Origin: Octopus vulgaris | Lineage: Eukaryota | Reading direction: 5' to 3' | DNA: 64,000 nt | Assembly (NCBI GenBank): GCA_951406725.2 | Contig: CATOCA020000002.1 | Span: forward strand, 1,269,150-1,333,149 | Shown: in pieces, positions 38,361-51,781 of the stretch | Layout of the letters: the number at the start of each line of letters is the position of its first letter | Position numbering within the stretch: the stretch's first letter is position 1 | Notes under the pieces: model-generated | The model's input: only the letters and a program-made list of their open reading frames with translations | Database searches by the model: none | What the model was told of the DNA's origin: nothing | Translations under genes and position numbers: made by a program

Positions 38361-40559
38361 AACCTCATCAACACCCTGTACATGGAGCAGGTAATACTCC
38401 AACCAACCAGGGCAGGTAACACACTGGATCTCTGCTTCACAAATGACATGGATCTCATCCATAATGTGAAAGTAACACCGACACTACTCTCGGATCACAA
38501 CGTGATAGAGCTGACCATGTACGGGCCAAAAGAGAGCACGGACATGCAGCCTCAGAATCTTTCCAGCTTGAACTACCATAAGGCAAACTGGAAACAAATT
38601 GAGAAAGAGATCCTCAAACAAAACTGGCCTAAATGTCTCTCCTCGCCAGACATCGACGTGAAACTTCAACAATTCATGTCTGTAATGCAAGCCATATGCT
38701 ACAAATGTGTCCCAGAGAGAAAGGCCACTGTACACAAGAACAAAATCCCCAGAAAGAGGAAAATTTTAATGAGACGGCGTACAAAATTTTCAAATCGCCT
38801 AAACAAACAGATTGAAAGCAGTGAAAAGTCCCGCCTAAAAATAAAACTGTTGGAAATCGAAAAATGTCTGCAACTCTCCCATGAAAAGGAAAGAGCAGAC
38901 AAAGAAGCCTGGGCTATAGACAACATAAAATCTAACCCCAGAGCTTTCTACAGGTATGCCAAAGAAACAGCTACGGTGCACTGTAGAATAGGGCCACTCC
39001 TCGAAAAGGATGGCACACTTACAGGAAAACCAATGAGGGTAAGTGAAATACTGAATGAGCAATTCAAGAGTGTTTTCACTCCACCCCTTGGGCATCTCCA
39101 AATCACCAATCCAACTGACTTTTTTACCACTGCAGATATAAAATCAGAGGCGGCGACGATAGATTACATCGATATAAAGGAAGACGATGTAATCAAGGCT
39201 ATAGATGAAATGAAAACAGACTCAGCTACTGGCCCCGATGGATTCCCGGCAATCCTCCTAAAAGCATGTAAGAGAGTCCTAGCAAGACCACTGCAGTTCC
39301 TCTTTCAGAGCTTCCTTGCAGCTGGCAAACTCCCAAGAAAACTGAAGGAAGGTAAAATATGCCCCATTCATAAAGGAGGTAGCAGAGCGGAAGCCAAGAA
39401 CTATAGACCTATCTCTCTGACCTCACACATCAGCAAGGTCATGGAACAAATAGTCAGAAGGAAGCTGATCACCTTCCTTGAAGAGAATGACTTGCTGCAC
39501 GACACCCAACATGGTTTCCGACCAGGGAGAAGCTGTTTAACTCAGCTCCTACAACACTATGACTGGGTGCTGAAACGGCTGCTCAACCACTCAAATGTGG
39601 AAGTGATATATCTCGACTTTGCAAAGGCCTTTGATAAAGTCGATCATGGAATGATATGTCACAAACTGCGTGATCTCAACATAGTTGGAAAACTGGGAGA
39701 ATGGCTTCATGACTTTCTGAAGGATAGAAGTCAGGTGGTAGTAGCCAATGGGGCCACCTCCATTAACACACAAATAGTGAGCGGTGTTCCGCAGGGCACT
39801 GTTCTGGGACCACTACTGTTCATAATGGCCCTCTCAGACATGCCCTCAGCCACGCAGAGAGCCACGATCACAAGTTATGCAGATGATACAAAAGTTTCAC
39901 AGGCAATACAGAACCCTGAGGACACTAAACACCTGCAATGTGAGCTAGACAAAATATACAAGTGGGCCGAAAAGAATAGCATGCAGTTCAATGCTGAAAA
40001 GTTTCAAGCTCTATACTATCAGCATGCAAAACTAAATGCAATACCCAATGAATACACTGGACCCGGAGGAATAGCAATCCCAGAGGCACAATCAGTGCGT
40101 GACCTAGGTATTTACATGAGTGATGACGCGACCTTTCGTGTACATGTTGCTAAATTGGCAATGAAATGTAGACGACTGGCCGGATGGATCCTCAGAACCT
40201 TTAGAACAAGAGAACAAGAAACCATGATGGTCCTCTGGAGGACACTTGTCCTAAGCCACTTTGACTACTGCTCTCAGTTATGGTCACCATCCAGTGTCAA
40301 GTTGATCACAGAGCTCGAGGCGATCCAACGTAGCTACACGAAGAAGATAGCCTCTATGCGGAATGTAAGCAACTGGGAAAGACTCAAGAGATTAAAACTA
40401 TATTCCTTGGAGCGTAGAGCTGCATCGAACTCTCTCATGCACCAAATAGCAGTTGCTAGAAAGCCTACATGAAGTGAAACCAAGTAGCAACACCAAATGG
40501 CGGTGCCCCAGCATGGCCACAGCTCATAAGCTGAAACTAGAATCAATCAATCAATCAAT
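38361..40559 (+). mobile_element. 5'-truncated copy of CR1-type LINE family A, with (AATC)n tail
   Basis: Highly similar to 60501-63000; open RT (GPDG, NYRPISLTS, QHGF, YLDFAKAFDKVDH, SGVPQGTVLGP, YADD); 315-bp in-frame deletion near the 3' end. Confidence 0.95.
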
Positions 40560-41146
40560 ATATATATATATATATATGTATATATACGTATATATATATG
40601 TATATATATGTATATATATATATATATATGTGTATATATATGTATATATATATGTATATATATATGTATATATATATGTATATATATATGTATATATATA
40701 TGTGTATATATATGTATATATATATGTGTATATATGTGTATATATGTGTGTATATATGTGTATATATGTGTGTATATATGTGTATATATGTGTGTATATA
40801 TGTGTATATATGTGTGTATATATGTGTATATATGTGTGTATATATGTGTATATATGTGTGTATATATGTGTATATATGTGTGTATATATGTGTATATATG
40901 TGTGTATATATATGTGTATATATGTGTATATATATGTGTATATATGTGTATATATATGTGTGTATATATATGTGTATATATATGTGTATATATATGTATA
41001 TATATATATGTATGTATATATGTGTATATATATGTATGTATATATGTGTATATATATGTATGTATATATGTGTATATATATGTATGTATATATGTGTATA
41101 TATATGTATGTATATATGTGTATATATATGTATGTATATATGTGTA
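40558..41146. repeat. (TA/TG) compound microsatellite abutting the assembly gap
   Basis: TATATG/TGTGTA repeats. Confidence 0.95.
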
Positions 41147-41246
41147 NNNNNNNNNNNNNNNNNNNNNNNNNNNNNNNNNNNNNNNNNNNNNNNNNNNNNN
41201 NNNNNNNNNNNNNNNNNNNNNNNNNNNNNNNNNNNNNNNNNNNNNN
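41147..41246. other. Assembly gap (100 N)
   Basis: Run of N. Confidence 1.
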
Positions 41247-41955
41247 CAACTCACAAAAGTTTGGGGGTAAGGACATCAAAAAATCAAATGCTAAGGTTTA
41301 TATGAGAGAGATTTTCTTTAAGTATTAGAAATAGCTTTAAAAAAGTTTTTTAGCTGCTATTTCTAATGAGTTCAGTATGCGGCAAAGTAATTTATTTTAC
41401 TAAGCCCTTTTATATAATGTAATAATTTGAATTCGCCTTAAATGGTCCCTTTGCATACTGAACACTTGGTGAAATTGATTAATAATTAATTAATTTTACC
41501 CTCAATTGTTGAAATTATAATTAATCTCCTCTAATTAATGCTTCTGATTTTACCGAAATAAGCATGGTGTTTGATGATTTTAACCCACGCTGGTGGAAAG
41601 GGGGGAGAACAGAGATTCTTCGCTTGCTTATTTGGGTTTGTTGGCACTGTTAGTTACGAGCAGATCTTCGAAAGGGTATGTTCTTATTTTCAGTGTTTCC
41701 AAATCCAAACCAAGGAGTTTCTGAGCTGATGATAGAAATGTTGTTTTGACTAATCTTGAAACGTACGTTCTCAAATAACCTTAGCATTTGATTTTTTGAT
41801 GTCCTTACCCCCAAACTTTTGTGAGTTGAATTAAGCAAACACTATATATGAGAGAGATTTTCTTTAAGTATTAGAAATAGCTTTAAAAAGTTTTTTAGCT
41901 GCTATTTCTAATGAGTTCAGTATGCGGCAAAGTAATTTATTTTACTAAGCCCTTT

Positions 41956-41984
41956 TATATAATATATATATGTATATATATATG

Positions 41985-42015
<31 letters not shown>

Positions 42016-42019
42016 GTAT

Positions 42020-42069
<50 letters not shown>

Positions 42070-42126
42070 GTATATATATATATGTATATATATATATATG
42101 TATATATATATGTATATATATATATG

Positions 42127-42179
<53 letters not shown>

Positions 42180-42294
42180 GTATATATATATATGTATATA
42201 TATATATGTATGTATATATATGTATATATATATATGTATGTATATATATATATGTATATATATATATGTATATATATATGTATATATATATATT

Positions 42295-42333
<39 letters not shown>

Positions 42334-42566
42334 TTATATGTATATATATATATGTATATATATATGTATGTATGTATATATATATATGTATGTATATATG
42401 CATGTATATATATATGTATATATATGTATATATATACGTATGTATGTATATATGCATGTATATATATGTATATATTTGTATATATGTATATATATGTATA
42501 TATATATATGTATATATATATATGTATATATATATGTATATGTATATATATATGTATATATATATG

Positions 42567-42625
<59 letters not shown>

Positions 42626-42692
42626 GTATATATATATTTGTATATATTTATGTATATATATATGTATATATATATGTATATATATATGTATA

Positions 42693-42739
<47 letters not shown>

Positions 42740-43092
42740 GTATATATATATGTATATATATATGTATATATATGTATATATATATATGTATATATATATG
42801 TATGTATATATATATATGTATATATATATGTATATATATGTATATATATGTATATATATATATGTATATATATGTATATATATATATGTATATGTATATA
42901 TATGTATATATATGTATATATATATATGTATGTATATATATATGTATATGTATATGTGTATATATATATATGTATGTATATGTATATGTGTATATATATA
43001 TATATGTATGTACAAGTATATGTGTATATATATATATATGTATGTATAAGTATATGTGTATATATATATATATGTATATATATATGTATATG

Positions 43093-43168
<76 letters not shown>
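41956..43168. repeat. (TA)n/TATG compound microsatellite, ~1.2 kb
   Basis: Direct inspection. Confidence 0.97.
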
Positions 43169-43172
<4 letters not shown>

Positions 43173-43347
43173 GTTTAAATATTTGTTGTGCAAGATTTTT
43201 TATGTGAAGTCGTGTGTTGAAACAGACATTGTTATATTTCGGAATGGTCATATTGCCAGTTTAGGCAATAAAAACACACACACTATATATTTGGTGTTAT
43301 TTTGGTTCAGTGTTATTTATTTTTTACATTAATCTTAATCTTATTTC

Positions 43348-43392
43348 GGCCAGAGTTCTTTCGTCACACTCCTGTGACCGCATCAGTGGTCC
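43348..43392 (-). ncRNA. Minimal type-I hammerhead ribozyme-like motif (variant core)
   Basis: Minus strand GGACCA CUGAUGCG GUCACA-GGAG-UGUGAC GAAAG AA CUC UGGCC: stem I, core, 6-bp stem II, GAAA, 2-bp stem III, CUC triplet. Confidence 0.7.
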
Positions 43393-43653
43393 TTTGTTTT
43401 TTTCTTTTTTATTTGTGTCTCTCCTTACTAACCGTCAGACATTTTGTATTTCTATTGTATGTCTTCATTTGCGCATGCTTATATCTCTATGTGCGTCTAT
43501 GTTTATTTAGTGTGTGTATGTGGGGGAATGCCTGTAATATTTGTATCTTCTGTTTATATACGTTCATGTAATTTGTATTTTGTTTTTGTTGTTGTTGTTT
43601 TTGTTTATTCTTATTTTGTTCATGTGTTTACATCCACTTATTATTATCATTAC

Positions 43654-43684
<31 letters not shown>

Positions 43685-43756
43685 TAACAACGATACTAGT
43701 AATAATAATAATAAATCGAATCGAAAAAAAAAGAAATATATATATATATATAGATA

Positions 43757-44156
43757 GGCGCAGGAGTGGCTGTGTGGTAAGTAGCTTGTTTACCAACCAC
43801 ATTGTTCCGGGTTCAGTCCACTGCGTGGCACCTTGGGCAAGTGTCTTCTACTATAGCTTTCGGGCCGACCAAATCCTTGTGAGTGGATTTGGTAGACGGA
43901 AACTGAAAGAAGCCCGTCGTATATATGTATATATATGCGTGTGTGTGTTTGTGTGTCTGTGTTTGTCCCCCTCGCATTGCTTGATAACCGATGCTGGTGT
44001 GTTTATGTCCCCGTTACTTAGCGGTTCGGCAAAAGAGACCGATAGAATAAGTACTGAGCTTACAAAAGAATAAGTCCCGGGGTCGAGTTGCTCGATTAAA
44101 AGCGGTGCTCCAGCATGGCCGCAGTCAAATGACTGAAACAAGTAAAGAGTAAAAGA

Positions 44157-44158
<2 letters not shown>
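43757..44158 (+). mobile_element. tRNA-derived CORE-type SINE, full length
   Basis: Highly similar to 30913-31300; lies between TA repeats. Confidence 0.9.
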
Positions 44159-44211
<53 letters not shown>

Positions 44212-44689
44212 TTTATTTCTATTTGTTTAGTTATCTGTGTATTTATTATGTTTTCAGGATCCTCTATCGTCATATGTTGTGGTGTGTGCTATTGCTCCAT
44301 TCTAGTTTTCTATTCAGGCTAGGTTTATTTTCTATTATGTCTGTAGCTTCTGTAATTTGTCTAATTGTTGCATCTGTTCTATGTGTGGACAATATTATAA
44401 TTTCTATGTTATTGATTGATCCCCCGTGTTCCTGTTCGGCGTGTTGGTACGGGGGATCACATATGCTAATGTTGGTATGGGGGATCACGTATCTGTATGC
44501 TAATTTTATTTTTAATTTATTCCAATTCATGTGAAACCACTTATTCAAGTTCAAATCATTGATGCAATTTTATACCAATTGCTATTTTTACTTTTGTTAT
44601 GTTACGATTATATTATACTTTAGTTTGATTTTAATTATTACTTACTACATATAATTCAATTATTATTATTATCATTTTTATTGTTAAAG

Positions 44690-44942
44690 TGAAAGTATCT
44701 TACATAAAATAGAGAAACGTTTTTGTTTCACTTTTAACACGTAATACTGAAATGTGGAGAAAATATGATATTGCTATGGGCTCGCTCTAGGCAAGAAGTT
44801 GAAATTTTTTTTCCCATGAAACTACATGGACCCTAAGTAAGGCATATGTAAAATTTAAATGAAATTGGTTGTGTAGTTCTCAAGTTTTAGGGAAACACAC
44901 AGACAGACAGACACACATTCTCAGTTTTATATATATAAAGAT
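44690..44942 (+). mobile_element. Short non-autonomous repeat (Helitron/Helentron-associated style end); second copy at 46262-46445
   Basis: GATAT.GCT.TGGGCTCGC.CTAGGCAAGAAGTT..CTACATGGACCCTAA..GAAATTGGTTGTGTAGTTCTCAAG..CACAGACAGAC..TTTTATATATA occurs twice; family assignment is inference. Confidence 0.5.
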
Positions 44943-44992
44943 ATATGTATATATGTATATATACATATATATATATACATACATATATATAT

Positions 44993-45023
<31 letters not shown>

Positions 45024-45066
45024 CATACATACATATATATATGTATATATATATATATATGTATAC

Positions 45067-45972
45067 ACTAGTTGATGTACCCAGTAATTCCTGGGAAAGC
45101 GGGGCTTATCCCTTGGTTCCGTTCTCATAATTGTTTTGCTAATCTAACAACAACAATTCAAAGAAAGTAGCCCTTAAAGCAGTTTTTTTGTGCATTTACA
45201 GAGAATACCGAACTGTCTTACGCAGGATGTTGTTTTTAGAAATTCCAAATAAGTTATGAATACCCAGATTGTAAATTCATTATGCAATAACATGGAATTA
45301 GTTACCCAATAGTAAGAATTCAAATAAAGTAGCCCCCAAAAGGGCTTTTATGTGTTCCCAGAGTGTATAGAGTATACATAGAAGGAAATACTAATAACAT
45401 ATGTATACTAAAATCGTGAAGCATGTTACATAATAACAGGCTAATCAGATATGAGATAATAATTCAAATTAAATAACTCTGAAAAGGGCATTTGTGCGTT
45501 CCCAGAGAATATTACCCTCAGGGGCTTTAATGTTGGGATATTCATGAATAAGTCACTAACTGAAATAAGTGGATCTATTGTTTAGGAAAATACTATTTAC
45601 TAGTTTAAGGGTTGTACTGGATAAATTGCGAAAATAACTCTAACAGTTCAAATACTAAGAAATAAGCATACTCGATTTCATTTTTCCCAAATAATTTAGG
45701 AAAATGAATGGGTTATTTCCCTTGGCTATATACAAGGATCCCGTTTCGGGGTGAATGGGTTATTTCCCTTGGTTTTTAAAATAAAATATATCAGATAAAT
45801 ATAAAGATCCCTTCCAGGGGCCCTATTATCGATTTTTCAACAATCTGAGTATGCCGTGAGGTTTCCAGACACGAGTACTACTTAAATGTCAAGTTTCCTC
45901 AAAATCAATAAAATAATGATGGAGGAGTTAGCTAACAACTCCACAAACAGAATTTCCCACATATGCAGTAGG
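45067..45972 (+). mobile_element. Putative non-autonomous element inserted in (TA)n
   Basis: Unique block between two TA tracts, starting ACTAGTTGATGTACCCAG..CTGGG, with internal repeats (AAAGTAGCCC x2, TGAATGGGTTATTTCCCTTGG x2); class uncertain. Confidence 0.35.
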
Positions 45973-46114
45973 TATATATACATATATGTGTGTGTATATA
46001 TATACAAAAACATATATATTTATACACACACACATATATATACATACATATACATATATGCACACACATATGTATATATACATACATATATATGCACACA
46101 TATATATATACATA

Positions 46115-46261
46115 AAACCTAGATATGTTTCGACCAAAGATTGGTCCAAGCCATGTCTAACTTAATAGCACCACCTGATAGGGTTATCTAAATCGTTTTA
46201 AAGTCAAGTTTTGTGTTTACTATGGTCCATTCAAGTAGGGAATTCTTGTTGAGTGAGGTGT
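46115..46261 (-). mobile_element. 3' tip of CR1-type LINE family B
   Basis: GCCATGTCTAACTTAATAGCACCACCTG and ACTATGG.CCA.TCAAGTAG match 55696-55771. Confidence 0.75.
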
Positions 46262-46445
46262 ATGTAAAGATATGATATCGCTGTGGGCTCGCCCTAGGCA
46301 AGAAGTTAAAAATTCTTTTTGCCCATGACACTACATGGACCCTAAATAAGGCATATGTGATATTTGAATGAAATTGGTTGTGTAGTTCTCAAGTTTTAAA
46401 GATTCACACAGACAGACACACATTCTGAGTTTTATATATATAGAT

Positions 46446-46461
46446 ATATATAAACAGAAAT

Positions 46462-46495
<34 letters not shown>

Positions 46496-46707
46496 GTATA
46501 TATAATATATATGTATATATATATGTATATATAATATATATGTATGTATATATGTATATATAATATATATGTATGTATATATGTATATATAATATATATG
46601 TATGTATATACGTATATATAATATATATGTATGTATATATGTATATATAATATATATGTATGTATTTATGTATATATAATATATATGTATATATATATGT
46701 ATATATA

Positions 46708-46741
<34 letters not shown>

Positions 46742-49568
46742 GTATATATAATATATATGTATATATATATGTTTATATAATATATATGTATGTATATATA
46801 TATGTATATATATATGTATATATATATATATGTATATATAATATACTTGTATATATATATGTATATATAATATATATGTATGTATATATGTATGTATTTA
46901 TGTATATATAATATATATGTATATATATATGTATATATAATATATATGTATATATATATGTATATATAATATATATGTATATATATATGTATATATAATA
47001 TATATGTATATATATATGTATATATAATATACATGTATATATATATGTATATATAATATACATGTATATATATATGTATATATAATATACATGTATATAT
47101 ATATATGTATATATAATATACATGTATATATATATGTATATATAATATACATGTATATATATATGTATATAATATATATATGTATATATATGTATATAAT
47201 ATATATATGTATATATATATGTATATATAATATATATGTATATGTATATATAATATATATGTATATATATATGTATATATAATATATATGTATATATATG
47301 TATATATAATATATATGTATATATATATGTATATATAATATATATGTATATATATGTATATATAATATATATGTATATATATATGTATATATAATATATA
47401 TGTATCTATATATGTATATATATTATATATGTATATATATATGTATATATAATATATATGTATATATATATGTATATATAATATATATGTATCTATATAT
47501 ATGTATATATAATATATATGTATGTATATATGTATATATAATATATATGTATGTATATATGTATATATAATATATATGTATATATAATATATATGTATGT
47601 ATATATGTATATATAATATATATGTATGTATATATGTATATATAATATATATGTATATATAATATATATGTATGTATATATGTATATATAATATATATGT
47701 ATATATATATGTATATATAATATATATGTATGTATCTATGTATATATAATATATATGTATGTATATATGTATATATAATATATATGTATATATAATATAT
47801 ATGTATGTATATATGTATATATAATATATATGTATATATATATGTATATATAATATATATGTATGTATATATGTATATATAATATATATGTATGTATATA
47901 TGTATATATAATATATATGTATGTATATATGTATATATAATATATATGTATGTATTTATGTATATATAATATATTTGTATATATATATGTATATATAATA
48001 TATATGTATATATATATGTATATATAATATATATATATATATATGTATATATAATATACATGTATATATATATGTATATATAATATACATGTATATATAT
48101 ATGTATATATACTATACATGTATATATATGTATATATAATATACATGTATATATATGTATATAATATATATATGTATATATATATGTATATAATATATAT
48201 ATGTATATATATGTATATATAATATATATGTATATGTATATATAATATATATGTATATATATATGTATATATAATATATATGTATATATATATGTATATA
48301 TAATATATATGTATATATATATGTATATATAATATATATGTATATATATATGTATATATAATATATATGTATATATATGTATATATAATATATATGTATA
48401 TATATATGTATATATATTATATATGTATATATATGTATATATAATATATATGTATATATATATGTATATATAATATATATGTATCTATATATATGTATAT
48501 ATAATATATATGTATATATATATGTATATATAATATATATGTATATATATATGTATATATAATATATATGTATGTATATATGTATATATAATATATATGT
48601 ATGTATATATGTATATATAATATATATGTATATATATATGTATATATAATATATATGTATATATATATGTATATATAATATATATGTATATATATGTATA
48701 TATAATATATATGTATATATATATGTATATATAATATATATGTATATATATATGTATATATAATATATATGTATATATATATGTATATATAATATATATG
48801 TATATATATGTATATATAATATATATGTATATATATATGTATATATAATATATATGTATATATATATGTATATATAATATATATGTATATATATGTATAT
48901 ATAATATATATGTATATATATGTATATATAATATATAAGTATATATAATATATATGTATATATAATATATATGTATATATATATAATATATATGTATATA
49001 TAATATATATGTATATATATATATGTATATATGTATGTATATATGTATGTATATATATATATATGTATATATGTATGTATATATGTATGTATATATATGT
49101 ATATATATATGTATGTATATATATATGTATATATATGTGTATATATATATATGTATATATATATGTATATATATATGTATATATATATGTATATATATAT
49201 GTATATATATATGTATATATATATGTATATATATATGTATATATATGTATATATATATATGTATATATATATGTATATGTATATATATATGTATATATAT
49301 ATGTATATATATATGTATATATATATGTATATATATGTGTATATATATATGTATATATATATATGTATATATATATGTATATATATATGTGTATATATAT
49401 ATGTATATATATATATGTATATATATATGTATATATATATGTATATATATATGTGTATATATATATGTATATATATATGTATATATATATGTATATATAT
49501 ATGTATATATATGTGTATATATATATATGTATATATATATATGTGTATATATATATGTATATATATAC

Positions 49569-49599
<31 letters not shown>

Positions 49600-49669
49600 C
49601 ATATATATATACATATATATACATATATATATACATATATATGTATATATACATATGTATATATATATG

Positions 49670-49702
<33 letters not shown>

Positions 49703-49834
49703 GTATATATATATGTATATATATATGTATATATATATGTATATATATGTATATATATATATGTATATATATATATGTATATATACATATATATACATAT
49801 ATATACATATATATATATGCATATATATATATGC

Positions 49835-49867
<33 letters not shown>

Positions 49868-49929
49868 CATATATATACATATATATACATATATATATAC
49901 ATATATATACATATATATACATATATATG

Positions 49930-49964
<35 letters not shown>

Positions 49965-50107
49965 GTATATATATATGTATATATATATGTATATATATAT
50001 GTATATATATATGTATATATAGATATTTATATATATATGTATATATATATGTATATATATATGTATATATATGTATATATATATATGTATATATATATGT
50101 ATATATA
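46446..50107. repeat. ~3.6-kb TA-based micro/minisatellite (~24-bp higher-order unit, then TATATG/TACATA)
   Basis: Unit TATGTATATATAATATATATGTATA.. to ~49010, then simple TATATG; TACA patches at 49565-49925. Confidence 0.97.
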
Positions 50108-51025
50108 TTTGCGCCGTGAACAGGAATTAATCTTCTCTCTTCGCTCTTATACGCCATTTGGTCTGAACTCTCCCCCCTCCTCATCTAACCCCCTCTCCCC
50201 CTCCTCACCTATCCTTTCTCCCCCGACCCCTACTTCTTCAGTCCTTCATCCTTTCACCCCTACTCCCCTTCCCTTCTTCCCTCTTTCTCCCTCCCTCTTC
50301 CCCTTCCCTCTGCTCCCTCACTCCCCTTCTCTCTCCCCCTCTCCCTCTTTCCTCCTTCATCCCTCTCCTCCCCTTCCTTCTCCCCATCCTCTCCTCTTCA
50401 CCCTCCCCTCCCCCTCTTCTTCCCATCCCCTTCTCCCCCTCTTCTCCCCTCCCTTCTCCCCCCTCTTCTCCTCTCCCCCTCTTCTCCTCACTACACCACA
50501 TGACTTTACACATCACATCACATATGATGTGCCATACTAATACACACACCAACTAATACATACTAATACGTACTAATACATACTAGTACATACTAATACT
50601 TACACCAACCCTATACATACACACGTCCAGACCCCGCATACGCACTTATACTCTCTCACACACACACACACCTATACATACCAATACGTACTAATACATA
50701 CTAATACATACTAATACATACACCAACCCCATACATACGCACGTCCAGACCAATCCTACGCACTAATACTCTCTCATACACACACACACACACACACACC
50801 CTTATACATACTAATACATACACCAACCCTATACATACACACATCCAGACCCCTCCCACGCACTTTTAGCTGGTCCCTCAACCCTATTATCTCCCCTTAT
50901 TTCGCTCTCGCGTCTCATGTTTGATCTTTGACCTCTGGCCGAAATCAGATCGCCATGTTGATTCGTTAGCTACTGCACGCATTTTTTTTTCTCTCCTTCT
51001 TTCTGTGTTTTTCTCTCTCTGTGTA

Positions 51026-51063
51026 TCTTTCTGTTGAAGAGCGTAGGCTCGAAACGTTAAATA
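51026..51063 (+). ncRNA. Minimal hammerhead ribozyme-like motif in the 5' pLTR
   Basis: UCUUU CUGUUGAA GAGC-GUAG-GCUC GAAAC GUU AAAUA (one stem-I mismatch). Confidence 0.65.
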
Positions 51064-51781
51064 CTTGTTTTATTTATATTTCCTGAGCGCCATACTAATA
51101 CAATTGTTCGTTTGTTTTCCACCTGCCTTCGTCTTTTGTTTATTTTCATAAAGCTTCCCGTTATATATTATGCGCTCACGTGGTCTCACTTTCATCCTAT
51201 ATTCTACCAATACCACTATCAACACTTACCTCTACCTTGGATTTTCTTTACCTCTTGGATACTTACCATTGGCTGCACCTCTCTTTCGCGGATCAAAGTG
51301 ACTTTGCATTGATGTGAAATCCTTAAAAAATATACCACGACGTCTACACATTTCTAACCTTGAACTTTCAACCTTGAACTTGTTCGCATAAACTGTCCCG
51401 TTTGTTGTATTTTTATTTTCTCTTATATTACCACTTTTTTTACATTCATTTCATGCTTTCCACATTTTCCTGAATTTTTGTTCTCCTTTCCGTCTTTCTT
51501 CCCTCTCTGGATGTCCATACTCCGTTTCCTCTGCCTGCACCCCCTTTTTTTGCCTCCCCCTCTCTCTGCTTCCCTTCTTTCTTTCCCTTTTCCGTTTGCC
51601 CCGTCTTTTCTGCCCCTATCGCTTACTTATCTAGTTTTTTCATACGATTATTATTTTTTTGTTTTTTTGAACGTTTGTTTTTTCCCCTTTTTCGCTATCC
51701 TTTTTTTCTATTTTTTTCATACGATAATTTTTGTTTTTTGTTTTTTTTGTTTTTTCGAACGTTTTTTTCCGTTATCCCATC

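Larger units (their letters stand above)
43169..44490 (-). mobile_element. Penelope-like element family 3: 3' fragment (GIY-YIG C-terminus plus 3' region with hammerhead), split by a SINE
   Basis: 44270-44480 encodes HAEQEHGG..I.IIILS....IRQITEA.DI..KPSLNRKLEW, typical of a PLE GIY-YIG end; a same-strand hammerhead motif lies downstream at 43348-43392. Confidence 0.6.

Noticed and set aside
40405-40430. 315-bp LINE deletion as a spliced intron
   Set aside because: The deleted segment is not bounded by GT..AG in any register that gives the observed junction.
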